DNA of 62,788 nt, counting the filler, from Chiloscyllium plagiosum (Eukaryota), in the NCBI RefSeq assembly GCF_004010195.1. It is 3 parts of one record of this genome, joined end to end, with 100 filler letters (N's around TTAATTAATTAA, not from the genome) between each part and the next. Parts side by side here need not be neighbours in the genome. Positions count along the whole stretch, not along the records: positions 56,718 to 62,788 come from NC_057713.1; 2 more parts are not named here. One strand, 5' to 3'. The notes beneath the pieces are model-generated. The model was not told where the DNA came from and searched no databases. It was given only the letters and a program-made list of their open reading frames with translations. The position numbers and the translations under genes were made by a program. Each line of letters begins with the position of its first letter. Position 1 is the stretch's first letter. This document shows positions 61,098 through 62,788 of this stretch, one piece after another.

Positions 61098-62560
61098 TTA
61101 ATAGTTTACAAGGTTAACAGTGTCCATTTGCTGCTGGTCTTGCCCCTCTGGGGTAGCTGTGTGCATTCCCGTGGTGACGGCAAACTGCTGGACCCTCCCA
61201 GGGCTGAGGCAGCTGTCTGGCTCCACGATGGAGCCATTTCCCCGCTCTGGTGTCTTCGGGTCGTGCCCAGGATCCACATAGTTCAGTTCTCCATCTGACA
61301 GCAGGGCTCTCACAGCACCGCTACTCCCAGTTACCTGGAGCTGTGGGCCGGTGGGTACCTCTTGGTTTTCACCGGGTGGGGGGAGGCCTTTACCCGTCCC
61401 CTCAGAGGGATCATCTTTTCCTGGTTGGGCGCTGCTGCCCTCCTTTTTCCCCACGGCGCTCTGTCTCTTCCTCTGGTGACGACCCTCCTTGCGCCCGTCC
61501 TCACCATCGGAAGAGCTGCCTGTATCCTCGTGGTGTAGGTGTCGCTTCCCCCCTCGCTGGGTGGCTTTGGGAGGTTTCCTCTTCCTGCTTTTCACGGTAA
61601 TCCAATCCTCTGCCTCCTTTGTTCCCTCCTCTTCCATTTCCTCCGTCTGTCCTGAAGGAGCTTGGATCGGCTGCTGCACCTCCCCGCTGTCTGCCGTCTG
61701 CTCTGCTACAGCCCGCCCTTCCTTCTGGTTGCCTCCAGACACCGTTCCCGTGCTGTTTTGTGGTACCTTGCTGGTCTTAGGCGGTCCACAGCTCGTGTTG
61801 CCACCTCCAGCCATCTGTGCGTAGGTGACAGCCCCTCGTCTTTGGCAGGCTTTGTACATGTGGCCCGCCTCTCTGCACAGATTACAGTTCTTGGCCTCCT
61901 TACATTCCTTGGTCGGGTGGCCTTCCTGCTTGCAGTTTCGGCAGACGGTCACCTTGCAATCCGCCGCCATGTGGCCTGAACTCCCGCAGTTTCGGCACAC
62001 TTTCAGCTGCCCTGCGTATGTCAGGTAACCTCTGCTTCCTCCGATGGCAAAGCTGGAGGGTGGGTGGAGGATGTTCCCACTGGCATCGACCCTCAGTGTT
62101 ACCCTAACCTGTCGTTTGCTAGTCCAGATCCCGAAAGGATCGACCACATCGGTACTCTCTCCCTCGACTTGGGCGTATCTTCTCAAGAAGGTCAGGACAT
62201 CTGCTGCTGGGATGTGAGGGTTGTACATCTGGATTGTTACAACCCGACTCTTCTGCGCAGGAAGCACACACAACGGGACCGCCGACAAGATGGAGAACAG
62301 AGGTTTCCCTTCCTTCTCCTTGAAGACCTTCAGGAGCTGCTCGCAATTCTTCACGCTCCTGAAGGTCACATCGAAATAGCCTGCCGCAGGGAAATCCTGC
62401 AGGCAGTACACGTCCGCTGCTTCGAACATGCAGCACTCCAGCAAAATCTTCTTCATGAACACTGTCCGATCGACCAGTGTGCGCTCCTCCACCTTCTTCA
62501 CAGTCACCCTGATTTGTTGCGAATGCCCTGGCCAGGGCTGCGAGCGGCTGCTGAGGCCAT
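61098..62560 (-). pseudogene. Tx1 ORF1 (gag-like, three CCHC knuckles; ZCCHC3-like), probable 1-nt frameshift near 62513
   Basis: FDVTFRS, DPFGIWT, HPPSSFAIG..RGY, CRNCGSSGHMAADC / CRNCKQEGHPTKEC / CNLCREAGHMYKAC; ATG at 62560 (MASAAARSPGQGIRN) is out of frame by one base. Confidence 0.85.
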
Positions 62561-62593
62561 AGCTCTGAGGTTGGCTGGTACCTGAAGCCAATG

Positions 62594-62788
62594 TTTTTTT
62601 TTATTTCAAAAATATACTTTATTCATATATATTTGATCTATACAACTGGACATGCCATCCTTCTGTAAACATTCCATTTCTTTGCGTATCGAAACAGGGT
62701 AATCATTCCTATTCACAGGTTGGTGCGATTACATTGAGCTGAGGCGCCAGCGGCGCCCAAATGACTGCGTGGGCCCCCTGTTCTTCTT
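62594..62788 (-). mobile_element. Tx1-clade L1 element, copy C: 3'UTR and poly(A), runs off the window
   Basis: Homologous to but clearly diverged from the copy B 3'UTR (57628-57828); AATAAA at about 62618-62623, A9 tail. Confidence 0.88.

Larger units (their letters stand above)
57628..62593 (-). mobile_element. Tx1-clade L1 element, copy B, near full length (about 5 kb), inactive
   Basis: Short 5'UTR, ORF1, ORF2 (APE-RT-CCHC), 3'UTR and poly(A) at 57628-57634. Confidence 0.92.

Noticed and set aside
62561..62591. ORF1 start at TTG 62591 (497-aa ORF in the track)
   Set aside because: The N-terminal ~25 residues are probably out-of-frame 5'UTR; ATG 62560 plus a 1-nt deletion near 62513 gives a more typical GQGIRN-IRV start

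Overview
Repeat-dominated vertebrate genomic DNA, almost certainly from a shark or other chondrichthyan (inferred from HE1-type tRNA SINEs, HER1/CR1-type LINEs and the Penelope-like families). No intact, recognisable host gene is present; nearly every long ORF in the track is transposon-derived, low-complexity or runs through Ns. Two 100-bp artificial linkers (N44-TTAATTAATTAA-N44) at 31620-31719 and 56618-56717 split the window into three contigs whose true adjacency is uncertain. Content: about 12 HE1-like SINEs, MetaSINE-like fragments, many CR1-clade LINE fragments, many Penelope-like (RT + GIY-YIG) elements, degenerate Gypsy pol, solo/partial LTRs and a 1.6-kb pyrimidine tract. Highlights: (1) at 56718-62788, a head-to-tail/nested stack of three Tx1-clade L1 elements with a ZCCHC3-like ORF1, where both poly(A) junctions are followed by CAT and land in the 5' part of a sister element; (2) more than 15 minimal hammerhead-ribozyme motifs from at least four Penelope pLTR families, several in short TSD-flanked fold-back insertions and one ~274-bp tandem array resembling a retrozyme; (3) a Gmr1-type LTR retrotransposon with integrase upstream of RT, an intact 3' LTR and PPT; (4) five co-oriented 60-63-nt candidate exons on the minus strand that may be an unrecognised or decaying gene. 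Element boundaries were read by eye and are approximate unless stated.
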